This document shows, in pieces, positions 35,101 through 42,959 of a stretch of 64,000 bases of DNA. The stretch lies in the IMG/VR virus record IMGVR_UViG_3300021592_000001, positions 64,001-128,000 of that record; one strand, 5' to 3'. The position numbers and the translations under genes are program-made. The notes beneath the pieces were generated by a model that saw only the letters and a list, made by a program, of their open reading frames with translations, ran no database searches and was not told where the DNA came from. Every line of letters starts with the position of its first letter. The stretch's first letter is position 1. This DNA comes from a virus (taxonomy: Duplodnaviria > Caudoviricetes).

Positions 35101-37884
35101 TCACTTAGTAGTAGTTCGTCTAGCTTCAGTAGTTCCAGTTCCAGTTCTTTGTCGTCAAGTTCTATTAGCTCTTCTTCGAGTTCGTCGATAAGCAGCAGTT
35201 CGACCAGCTCAAGCTCGAGTATCTCTTTAAGTAGCTCAAGTAGTTCTAGTTCCAGTCTTAGCAGTTCTAGCAGTTCGAGTTTAAGCAGTTCTAGCAGTTC
35301 CTCTAGTTCGTCGTCCATATCTAGCAGTTCCAGTTCTTCTTTCAGTAGTTCCAGTTCATCTCTTAGTAGCAGTTCTAGTTCTTCGTCCATCAGCTCCAGC
35401 AGTTCTAGTTCCAGCTCGTCGATTAGTAGCAGTAGCAGTTCGAGCAGTATTTCTAGTTCTAGCTCATCTTCGCTATCTAGTAGCTCAAGCAGTTCATCTC
35501 TTAGCAGTTCAAGTCTTAGTAGCTCAAGTTCTTCCAGTTTTAGCTCCAGTAGTTCAAGTCTTAGTAGCTCCAGTAGTTCTAGCTCCAGTTATAGCAGTTC
35601 CAGTTCTTCGAGTTTCAGTAGTTCCAGTTCTTCAAGTTTTAGTAGCTCTAGCAGTTCGAGCATTAGTTCGAGTAGTTCCAGTTCAAGTATTAGTAGTTCT
35701 AGTAGCTCCAGTTTTAGTAGTTCCAGTAGTTCAAGTCTTAGTAGTTCAAGCTCTTCCAGTTCGAGTAGTTCAAGCTTCAGCAGTTCAAGTTCTTCTAGTC
35801 TTAGCAGTTCAAGTTCTTCTAGTCTTAGCAGTTCCAGTAGTTCGTCTGTAAGCAGCTCTAGTAGTTCAAGTCTTAGCAGTTCAAGCAGTTCTAGTTCTAG
35901 TTCTAGCTTTAGTAGTTCAAGTAGTTCCTCTCTAAGCAGCTCTTCAAGTAGTTCGAGTAGTTCAAGCTTCAGCAGTTCCAGTAGTTCGTCTGTAAGTAGC
36001 TCTAGTAGTTCTAGTTCCAGTCTTTCGAGTTCTAGTTCTAGTTCGCTGTCGTCGAGTTCAAGTAGCTCTTCCATGAGCAGTTCAAGTTCTTCCAGTTTTA
36101 GTAGTTCAAGTTCTAGCAGCTCAAGTCTAAGCAGTTCGAGTAGTAGCTTTTCCTTAAGTAGCTCCAGTTCTTCTAGTTTGAGTAGCTCAAGTTCCAGCAG
36201 TTCCAGTTTTAGCAGTTCCAGCAGTTCCTCTATCAGCAGTTCAAGTTCTTCCAGTTTCAGTAGTTCCAGTTCTAGTCTTTCGAGTTCCAGTTCTAGCTCT
36301 CTATCGTCGAGTTCAAGTAGCTCTTCTATGAGTAGTTCGAGCTCTTCTAGTTTGAGCAGTTCCTCCATTAGTAGTTCCAGTAGTTCCAGCTCCATCAGTT
36401 CTAGCAGTTCTTCCTTTAGCTCCTCTAGCAGCTTGAGCAGTTCAAGTTCTTCCAGCTTTAGCAGCTCTAGCAGTTCGTCAAGTTTTAGCTCCTCTTCTTT
36501 GTCCAGCAGTTCTAGTTCATCTATCAGTAGTAGCTCTATTTCTAGTTCAAGTTCTAGTTCTTCTTCAAGCTTGAGTTCTAGTAGTTCGAGTTCTTTATCT
36601 AGTTCCAGTTCTTCGTCCAGTAGCAGTTCTAGTTCTAACTCTTCTTCAAGTTCTAGTTTTTCTCTTAGTAGTTCATCAAGTTCATCTTTAAGTTCGAGCT
36701 CGTCGAGCTTAAGTCTAAGTTCAAGCTCCTCTTCAAGCTCTAGCTTTTCTATCAGCAGTAGTTCACGCAGTTCAAGTTCTTCGTCAAGTTCAAGTTTCTC
36801 TCTTAGCAGTTCTTCCAGTATGCCCCCTGAAAACTGGAGAGTATATGGTAACCCAGAAGGTGCTGTAGATTGGGATGATCCTGGTATAGATAGCGATTTT
36901 GAAGACTTGATTGTAGACGAACTTGCAAGACTCGCATTTGATCCAGATGAGAATCAAACCGCTGGAACGTGGCGCACCGTATTCAATAGCGGTATAGTTG
37001 ATTGTAAGTGGGGAGAGTGTTGGTGGGACGGAGATAAGGACGATGATACAGAGTTCCACGTTAAGTTTAGAACAGCGAATCAGCGTGAAGACCTTGATAG
37101 TGCTGCATGGACAGACCTTATTGAGTTGGATAACGGTGAAGAAAATGCTGAAGACAGCAATGCAGAAGACGGTAAGTATATAGAGATACGGATAGAACTA
37201 AACAGACTTCATGAAGGTCTTACTATCGCTGTGGATGAATTTCATTTACAATTCTTCGGAGAATATGTAAGCGTAAGTTCTAGCTCCAGCTCCAGCAGCT
37301 CGAGTAGAAGCAGTTCCAGCTCTTCAGAAAGCTCCAGTAGTGAGTCTAGCTCGAGTTCTTCTTATAGTTATAGCTCAAGTTCGAGTTCTTCCAGTTCTTT
37401 CAGTCATTCGAGCTCTTCCAGTTCCCTCTCTAGCAGTTCTTGCTCATCCTCAAGCAAGAGTTCCAGATCATCCAGCTCGTCAAATTCAACTAGTTCTTCT
37501 TCAAGTAGCTCAAGCTCTTCGAGCAGCTTTAGTGCAAGTAGTTCAAGCTCTTCTAGTTCTATTGTTTCAAGCTCTAGCTCGAGTTCTAGTGAAAGCAGTT
37601 CCAGTTCGTCAAGTTCAAGTAGTTCTTACAGCAGCTCCTCAAGCTCTTTAAGTTCTAGTTCAAGTTCTTCGTCGAGAAGTTCAAGTAGTTTCAGTTTTAG
37701 TTCGTCTAGTAGCTCAAGTAGTAGTAGCTCAAGCTCCAAGTCTTCATCTGCTGGGTTTAACAATTTCGGGTTTGGTTATTTCTACTACGGTCTGCCTATT
37801 CCTGGCATAGTCGATTCTTCTCAGAAGACGACGTCTGGCTTCAACTATTTTAATTACGGTTTACCCTTCAATACTATATGTTAA
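32152..37884 (+). CDS. Poly-serine protein 4 (1910 aa; dockerin-like x2 - ~1417-aa Ser tract - acidic beta domain - Ser tract - aromatic tail)
   Basis: Ser tract 32569-36819 without stops; globular insert ~36820-37266; C-terminal FGYFYYGLP / FNYFNYGLP repeat. Confidence 0.85.
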   Translation: MPNYNCTNDFDNSGALDGIDVNIYTAYLLAVGTIQFKPPSWSMLEWTQNRYDIGVASGKYEEATIVSLPVLDCSDYYDSGELNGINVNIFTAYLLAVSTEAFKPPDWSMLEWTQNRYDLGVASGKYTAVTITRLPNLYPSVSSSSSSSASVSSSSSSVSSSSSSRSSSSLSYSSSSSSSSSGSFSYSSSSRSSSSSSSSSSSSLSSSSSYSSSSSYSISSSSSSSSSESSSSSSSSVSSSSSSISSSSSSSLSSSSSSSSSLSSSSSISISSSSSSSSVSSSSSSCYSSSSSMSSSSSSSSISSSSSSISSSSSFSLSLSSSSSLSSSSFSSLSSSSSSFSIVSSSSSSSYSQSSSSSSSSLSISSSVSISSSSSSSSLSSSSSSISSSSSFSISSSSSSSVSTSFSSSLSSSISSSSSISVSSSSSYSISISSSSSSSFVSSSSSSSSSSSSYSSSSSISSSSLSLSSSSSSSSLSLSSSSSSSFSSSSISSGSSSSSSSRSSSSSSSWSSSSYSFSSSSSYSSSSMSSSSSSSLSSSSSYSSSLSSSSSSSGSSSSSSSPSSSSSSSSSFSSSSTSSSSSSSLSSSSFSLSSSSSSLSSSSSFSMSSSSSSSYSFSSSSSSSLSSSSSHSSSSSYSSSGLSSSSSSSLSSSSSSSWSTSSSSSYSSSSSSSSSISSSSSSSISSSSSSSSSYSSSSSSSYSSSSSSSLSSSSMSSSSSSSISSSSSSSSSISTSSSSSSSLSSSSSSSSSISSSSSSSISISSSSSSSISSSSSSSSNSSSSLSSSSSSSLSSSSSSSLSLSSSSSSSSYSSSSSSSSLSSSSSSSISSCSSSSSSSSSISSSSSSSFSSSSSGSSSSSSSFSSSSSSSSSLSSSSSSSNSSSSSSSSLSSSSSYSQSSSSSSSYSSSSLSSSSSSSSSESSSSSSSVSSSSSSSSVSSSSSSSYSSSSSSSSSVSSSSSFSSSSSFSSSSSSSQSSSSSLSLSSSSSSFSSSSSSSLSSSSISSSSSSSISSSSTSSSSSISLSSSSSSSSSLSSSSSSSLSSSSSSSSSSSISSSSSSSFSSSSSSLSSSSSSSSISSSSSSSSSSISSSSSSSSISSSSSSSLSSSSSSSSLSSSSLSSSSSSSFSSSSSSLSSSSSSSSSYSSSSSSSFSSSSSSSFSSSSSSSISSSSSSSSISSSSSSSFSSSSSSSLSSSSSSSSSSSSFSSSSSSSLSSSSSSSLSSSSSSSVSSSSSSSLSSSSSSSSSSSFSSSSSSSLSSSSSSSSSSSFSSSSSSSVSSSSSSSSSLSSSSSSSLSSSSSSSSMSSSSSSSFSSSSSSSSSLSSSSSSFSLSSSSSSSLSSSSSSSSSFSSSSSSSISSSSSSSFSSSSSSLSSSSSSSLSSSSSSSSMSSSSSSSLSSSSISSSSSSSSISSSSSSFSSSSSLSSSSSSSFSSSSSSSSFSSSSLSSSSSSSISSSSISSSSSSSSSSLSSSSSSSLSSSSSSSSSSSSSNSSSSSSFSLSSSSSSSLSSSSSSLSLSSSSSSSSSFSISSSSRSSSSSSSSSFSLSSSSSMPPENWRVYGNPEGAVDWDDPGIDSDFEDLIVDELARLAFDPDENQTAGTWRTVFNSGIVDCKWGECWWDGDKDDDTEFHVKFRTANQREDLDSAAWTDLIELDNGEENAEDSNAEDGKYIEIRIELNRLHEGLTIAVDEFHLQFFGEYVSVSSSSSSSSSSRSSSSSSESSSSESSSSSSYSYSSSSSSSSSFSHSSSSSSLSSSSCSSSSKSSRSSSSSNSTSSSSSSSSSSSSFSASSSSSSSSIVSSSSSSSSESSSSSSSSSSSYSSSSSSLSSSSSSSSRSSSSFSFSSSSSSSSSSSSSKSSSAGFNNFGFGYFYYGLPIPGIVDSSQKTTSGFNYFNYGLPFNTIC

Positions 37885-37900
37885 GCATAGGTGAACAATT

Positions 37901-40126
37901 ATGGCTACTTGGTATATAGACTACGAAAACGGTGACGATTCCAACGGTGGAACATCTTGGTCGGATGCGTGGAAGAGCTTGGAGATGGCAACTACCGCCA
38001 ATGGAGTATCTCCAGGGGATACTGTAAAAATAGCAAAGTCTCCCGATCCCGTCAGTATAGGAGATGCTACGTGGACAGATAATTCCGATACAGTAACGCT
38101 TGCGTCTGCTAAGACTGCCGAAATCGATAATTGTGAGACTGCATGGACTCCAGCTGCAAACGTGACTCAATATAACGAAACCACGAACAGGAAACAAGGT
38201 TCATACTCGAGAGAGCTAAGGGTTGCTAGCGGTCACACAGGAGGGAGGATTGCTTATAAAACATTTTCGGCAAAAGATTTGTCTGCTTATTCTAAAATAT
38301 GTTGCTGGATAAGACCAAACGGTGAAATAGCTGCAAACCGTTTATCGATTAGGCTCTATCAAGATTCGTCTCTTACTACTGAAGATTGTAGAATCACTAT
38401 TCCATTTAAACTAAAAAAAGACAAATGGCATCCAATTTCATTGGAAATTGACGGTGGTGGTAACATTGGATCTAACATTGAAGCTGTGGAGCTATACGCA
38501 GAAGCAGATATAGGATCTGTATATATCTGGATAGATCATATCTTCGCTGCTAATGATTTGACCCTCACTTCACTAATATCAAAAAATACAGCTAATGAAC
38601 CCTGGTTTACAATCAACACCATCGAAGGAACGACTGTTAAATTAGGCAGGGTTTTGGACAACGGAACGAAGACTAGGAAATACGGGGGAACTACTGAAAC
38701 GGTAACTACGTATGTAAGAGAGCCGATTAGGCTAGATGACAGTGATCTGTCAAGCAGTCCTGTATTTGCAATTGATGTGTCAGGATCGTCTGGTAATTTG
38801 GTCCATTTTGTAGGTGGGTATAATACGACGACAGATTCACGAGACGGATATACCTTTTTTGATGGTATAAATGCGTCCGTAGACTGTATTTCAATCAATT
38901 CTAAAACATATTTGAAGTTCAGTTATATCGGTTTGTGTAGGTTTAACTATGGAATGACATGGCTGTATGCAGACAATTGTGAGCTCGAGAAATACTACTC
39001 CGCATCAAGCGTTAATGGGTTTAGAATTCGATACTCTGATAATACTAAAGCTGATGACGTATATTCTTTTGCAGATAGTAATTCTGTGAATATTTATAAC
39101 GACTCTAATGACCTGAACTGGAACAACATAAAGGTAGTTGACTGCACCACTTATGCTCTTAGGCATAAAGGTATGGGAGGCAGCATTAGCAATGTAACTT
39201 TACTGAGTTATGCAGGATCGTATGGCGTTTGCTTTGACGTTTCGAAAGGGGGAGTCACATTAAACGGCCTCTCTTGTAGGAATTGTAAGGTGAACTTATA
39301 TTTAAACGTAGCTAAGTGGTGTAGGTTTATTAACGTCGATATCGATAACAGTTCTGGGAACGGTATAAGGATAGATAGGGGATGGAATAATTATTTCAAA
39401 AATGTTGACATAAATACTGTAGGAGATAATGGCATCTTGTTAGACGGGTCTACAAACGCTCACGGTTGTTGCGACAATTATTTTGAAGATGTAACTATCG
39501 CTAATGCAGGCGATTACGCTGTTAGGGCAATAGTGGCATATAATAATAAGTTTAGTAACTTGGTTACATCTGGAAGCGGGATAGCTGCTATAAGAGCTGA
39601 GAATGCGGAAGTTCTGTTGGAGTATCCTTCTCTATCTGAGTCTACGGAATTCAGTGTTGCGTCGGATAATTCTGTGCCAGACCGTTGTTGTATTAGGTCT
39701 AGTCATCATAATCAAGTTGAAGGTGCACACAAAGCTCAATATATGAGGCTTACAGTTGAAAGCGAAGATTCTATTTACAGGACATCTGCTCCGTCTATTA
39801 AGTTTACTCCTACTGTAAATGGTAGGTTTCATACTATTGAACCGTTCTTGATTCCAGTTGATGCGAATGTTGAGATTACTATAACAGTATGGTCTAGGTG
39901 GGATTCTTCAACTCCACTGGAGGCTTCAGAGAAACCGAGATTGGTGGTCCGAGGATGTGGAGTAAGTGGGCAGGATCAGAATACGAGCGCTTCTGGTGTT
40001 TGGGAACAGTTGACAGTTACTTTAACTCCCTCGAGAAAAGGTACTTTGGAATGCTTTTTAGAAGTCCAAAAAGGGACTGACGATACAACGATATATTTTG
40101 ATGATTTGGAATGGACAACAACATAA
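37901..40126 (+). CDS. Parallel beta-helix (pectin-lyase-like) protein with CBM-like jelly-roll domains; tailspike/depolymerase-like
   Basis: WYIDYENGDDSNGGTSWSDAWKS N-cap, Asn/Gly-rich beta-helix repeats, C-terminal WEQLTVTLTP..IYFDD. Confidence 0.7.
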   Translation: MATWYIDYENGDDSNGGTSWSDAWKSLEMATTANGVSPGDTVKIAKSPDPVSIGDATWTDNSDTVTLASAKTAEIDNCETAWTPAANVTQYNETTNRKQGSYSRELRVASGHTGGRIAYKTFSAKDLSAYSKICCWIRPNGEIAANRLSIRLYQDSSLTTEDCRITIPFKLKKDKWHPISLEIDGGGNIGSNIEAVELYAEADIGSVYIWIDHIFAANDLTLTSLISKNTANEPWFTINTIEGTTVKLGRVLDNGTKTRKYGGTTETVTTYVREPIRLDDSDLSSSPVFAIDVSGSSGNLVHFVGGYNTTTDSRDGYTFFDGINASVDCISINSKTYLKFSYIGLCRFNYGMTWLYADNCELEKYYSASSVNGFRIRYSDNTKADDVYSFADSNSVNIYNDSNDLNWNNIKVVDCTTYALRHKGMGGSISNVTLLSYAGSYGVCFDVSKGGVTLNGLSCRNCKVNLYLNVAKWCRFINVDIDNSSGNGIRIDRGWNNYFKNVDINTVGDNGILLDGSTNAHGCCDNYFEDVTIANAGDYAVRAIVAYNNKFSNLVTSGSGIAAIRAENAEVLLEYPSLSESTEFSVASDNSVPDRCCIRSSHHNQVEGAHKAQYMRLTVESEDSIYRTSAPSIKFTPTVNGRFHTIEPFLIPVDANVEITITVWSRWDSSTPLEASEKPRLVVRGCGVSGQDQNTSASGVWEQLTVTLTPSRKGTLECFLEVQKGTDDTTIYFDDLEWTTT

Positions 40127-40164
40127 GTTTGTAAAACTAATAACTTTAGGAGTAGGAGGTTAAA

Positions 40165-40926
40165 ATGATGGAAGGATTGTATGAAAAGGTGCAAGCAAAA
40201 TTAAACAAAGTCGGTTATAGAGGAGATATGTTTATTGCCGATTATAGACCTTTGACTAGGAGAACGGCTCACTTGCTAATAGGCTATACCGACGTATTAG
40301 GAGAGCCAACTAAAGAAGATGTATCGAATTTCGTATTTAAAACCTTTGAAGGAAAGTTATCTCCTCACGTGGAAACGGCTCGAATACATAAGGACAAGAA
40401 CGCTGTTACTGTTCTAGTCTCTATGAATACTCCTGTTCGTCCTATTGAGGATGCCAAAAATATGTGTGCAGTAGCTTCTACTTTGTATATCGACACTAAG
40501 ATTCCATCTACTTGGGAAGTAATTGAGAGAAACGGGGTTAAGTTCCTATCTAAAGTGGAGAAGGATGATATAGATAGTATAATAAAAGCTCGTAGAAGCA
40601 GAATGCAAATGCGGTCATCATCTGGTCTATCGTTCGATAGACTGGCTTCTGCTGGGATTATTGCAGCAGTCCCTGAAGTTGGAGATACGGTGAGGTTCTT
40701 CAAAGACGACGTCATCCAACAAGGAGTAGTCAAGAATATAGGAGAGAAAACTGCTTCTATTCAGGTTGGGAGGAAAGTTGTCAAGGTAGATCGCAACGCT
40801 ATTTTTGACATCGTTAAGCTCGGATCCCAGTCCGAGAGGAAGAAACTCAAAGAGATGTACGAGGTCTATAAAAATATTTGGGGGAAAGATTTTGCCGATA
40901 AATTATTACCTCATGTAGGAGTTTAA
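40165..40926 (+). CDS. Hypothetical protein, probably structural; C-terminal SH3/KOW-like segment
   Basis: AGGAGG RBS; PEVGDTVRFF..GVVK. Confidence 0.65.
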   Translation: MMEGLYEKVQAKLNKVGYRGDMFIADYRPLTRRTAHLLIGYTDVLGEPTKEDVSNFVFKTFEGKLSPHVETARIHKDKNAVTVLVSMNTPVRPIEDAKNMCAVASTLYIDTKIPSTWEVIERNGVKFLSKVEKDDIDSIIKARRSRMQMRSSSGLSFDRLASAGIIAAVPEVGDTVRFFKDDVIQQGVVKNIGEKTASIQVGRKVVKVDRNAIFDIVKLGSQSERKKLKEMYEVYKNIWGKDFADKLLPHVGV

Positions 40927-40929
40927 ACT

Positions 40930-41487
40930 TTGGCTAAGCAAAGGAAGAAGCAAAACGTAGTTGTAGATCTTACAAAAATTCAGAAAATAACTGATAGACT
41001 GAAAAATTCAAAAGTAGAAAATGTAGATATAGTTTCTAAAGGATTAAAAGATTCTTCCTCCTACGAGGATGCGACGAGGACGATGTTGAAGATGGTACTA
41101 AGTGCTATAACCTTAGCGGAGGCTAGATATAAACAGAATAGCACTGACAGGAATGCTTATGCTCTCAACACGCTCGTAGATGCTGCTAGGAATCTGATGG
41201 CAGAACTGGAAACTCGTAGTGCGAGGAAAAAGGTTTTAGAAGTAGTAGAATCTATTGCCTCTAGTGAAAGCACTAACTTGATAAAGCAAGTTACTATGAG
41301 CGTGGATATGTTAAGGAAGTCTCTGTTGGAGTCTCTTTCTCCGAAAAAGCGGAAGCTTGTACAAGATTCTTTGAAGGTGTTCATGGAAGAGTTCGGAAAG
41401 GCATTGAAGACTTACTATGATAATCTGGTAGGGGAAATTTACAAACAAGTAAATTCGCTCAATATGGGAGGTAAAGTTAATGATTGA
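40930..41487 (+). CDS. Helical hypothetical protein
   Basis: AGGAG RBS, TTG start. Confidence 0.65.
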   Translation: MAKQRKKQNVVVDLTKIQKITDRLKNSKVENVDIVSKGLKDSSSYEDATRTMLKMVLSAITLAEARYKQNSTDRNAYALNTLVDAARNLMAELETRSARKKVLEVVESIASSESTNLIKQVTMSVDMLRKSLLESLSPKKRKLVQDSLKVFMEEFGKALKTYYDNLVGEIYKQVNSLNMGGKVND

Positions 41488-41824
41488 GATAGGAGATATC
41501 ATTTCTAAATTGAAGTCTTGTGGTGAAGATACCTTTGCAAATGAACTTGAGACTATCATATCTGCTGGCTCTAAAGTGGTGCCGTCACCTAAAGACGTAG
41601 AAAAGATTAAAGCTATAAAAGAGAAGACTAAAAGAGATTACGAGACAGCAAAGAAATTGGCTACCATGTTGGCTGCTGAAATAAAGACTTCTGGAGCTGC
41701 TGCTAGACTGGCTAAAGCATCTCTCAAAGTTTATAGTGGTAAGATCGCTAACCGAATCCACGATATCTTCTGGAAGAGATACCAATGGCTTAAGCAAGTA
41801 GAAAAGTACGGCATTGGCGAATGA
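41480..41824 (+). CDS. Small protein with shared helical tag
   Basis: IISKLKSCGEDTFANELETIISA; GGAGGT RBS. Confidence 0.7.
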   Translation: MIEIGDIISKLKSCGEDTFANELETIISAGSKVVPSPKDVEKIKAIKEKTKRDYETAKKLATMLAAEIKTSGAAARLAKASLKVYSGKIANRIHDIFWKRYQWLKQVEKYGIGE

Positions 41825-41881
41825 GACCCGTAGTCTCATAGTTACCTTATTATTAATCTATATTTATTGGGAGGCAAAGCA

Positions 41882-42205
41882 ATGAACAAAGTTACAGCTA
41901 AGAGACTATATAATCAAATTCGTAAAATCGATAAAGTTCTTGCTGGGAGGTTTTTGGATACTCTTCCGATGGACTATTTGCCTTTTGTGCTCCCTACAAG
42001 ATTTGGAAGAGGATTCGGAAGAGGTTTGGGGCTCAGAAGAGGAAGAGGACTGCGTCGGCCTGGTCCATTTGGTCTCGGTCCTGGTGGAACTTGTATTTGC
42101 CCAGAATGTGGATATACATGTGAGCACGATTGGGGAGTCCCTTGTTATACTATAACTTGCCCTAACTGCGGGAGCCCAATGACAAGAGACGTAAGTAACT
42201 TATGA
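41882..42205 (+). CDS. Gly/Arg-rich double Zn-ribbon protein
   Basis: GRGFGRGLG..GPGGTCICPECG...H..GVPC...CPNCGSPMTR. Confidence 0.75.
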   Translation: MNKVTAKRLYNQIRKIDKVLAGRFLDTLPMDYLPFVLPTRFGRGFGRGLGLRRGRGLRRPGPFGLGPGGTCICPECGYTCEHDWGVPCYTITCPNCGSPMTRDVSNL

Positions 42206-42930
42206 TGTTGGGTAGGAGATACATAATGAAGCCCCCGTCAATAGGAATATATCCTAACTATATTACCGAAAAGGGTAAAATAGTTTGGGATGAGATGATA
42301 AGGAAGCGGAAAAAAGACATACGTTCTGAATCCGATATAAAAAGACAGTGGGCAATAGCCCTTGTGCTCTATAAGCGGTCATGCCACAAAAGTCGTATAA
42401 TGCCTTTTACGTCTCATCCCGCTTCTGGCGAGAAAGGTTTACAGCTAGATAAAGATTCTCTTGTAGAGATGATAGCATCTTCCAATAGAAAAGCTAATCA
42501 TGAGGTGGAGAATTTCTTTAGAGATCTGGAAGATCACGCTCGAAAGCTGACTAGTCAGGTTTTCAATTCTGTGAAATACGATAACGGTCTATATACGATA
42601 TTATTGCATAGGAAAATTTTTCTATCTAAGGACGTCCCGCCCTCATGGTTGTTTGCCTATTTGGTAGGGAAGCATCACTTCTTGCGATCTGATAGATCGG
42701 TAGTAAAGCCTGTAGACACGGTTTCTGATATAGTTGTTAAGGATGATACTAAGAATAAATATCAAGTGTTCGTCTATAATCGTATTAGACTGTCTCGCAA
42801 TCAAGCTATAATACTCAGTGGGGCAGATGAGAGTTCTAATTCTGGTCAAATAGAAAAGTCGCTTAGTAGATTCTTCAGGTCTCTGATAAAGAAAGGGAAG
42901 CTTCCGAAGAGAAGGGAGCTAAAGAATTAA
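42202..42930 (+). CDS. Basic hypothetical protein
   Basis: 242-aa ORF in operon. Confidence 0.65.
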   Translation: MMLGRRYIMKPPSIGIYPNYITEKGKIVWDEMIRKRKKDIRSESDIKRQWAIALVLYKRSCHKSRIMPFTSHPASGEKGLQLDKDSLVEMIASSNRKANHEVENFFRDLEDHARKLTSQVFNSVKYDNGLYTILLHRKIFLSKDVPPSWLFAYLVGKHHFLRSDRSVVKPVDTVSDIVVKDDTKNKYQVFVYNRIRLSRNQAIILSGADESSNSGQIEKSLSRFFRSLIKKGKLPKRRELKN

Positions 42931-42959
42931 CAAGATTTAATAGTTTTAGGAGGTATTAA

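Noticed and set aside
32569..36819. Ser tracts as a satellite, CRISPR array or assembly artefact
   Set aside because: There is no fixed repeat-spacer unit. Codons are heterogeneous and the frame is preserved into globular domains on both sides.
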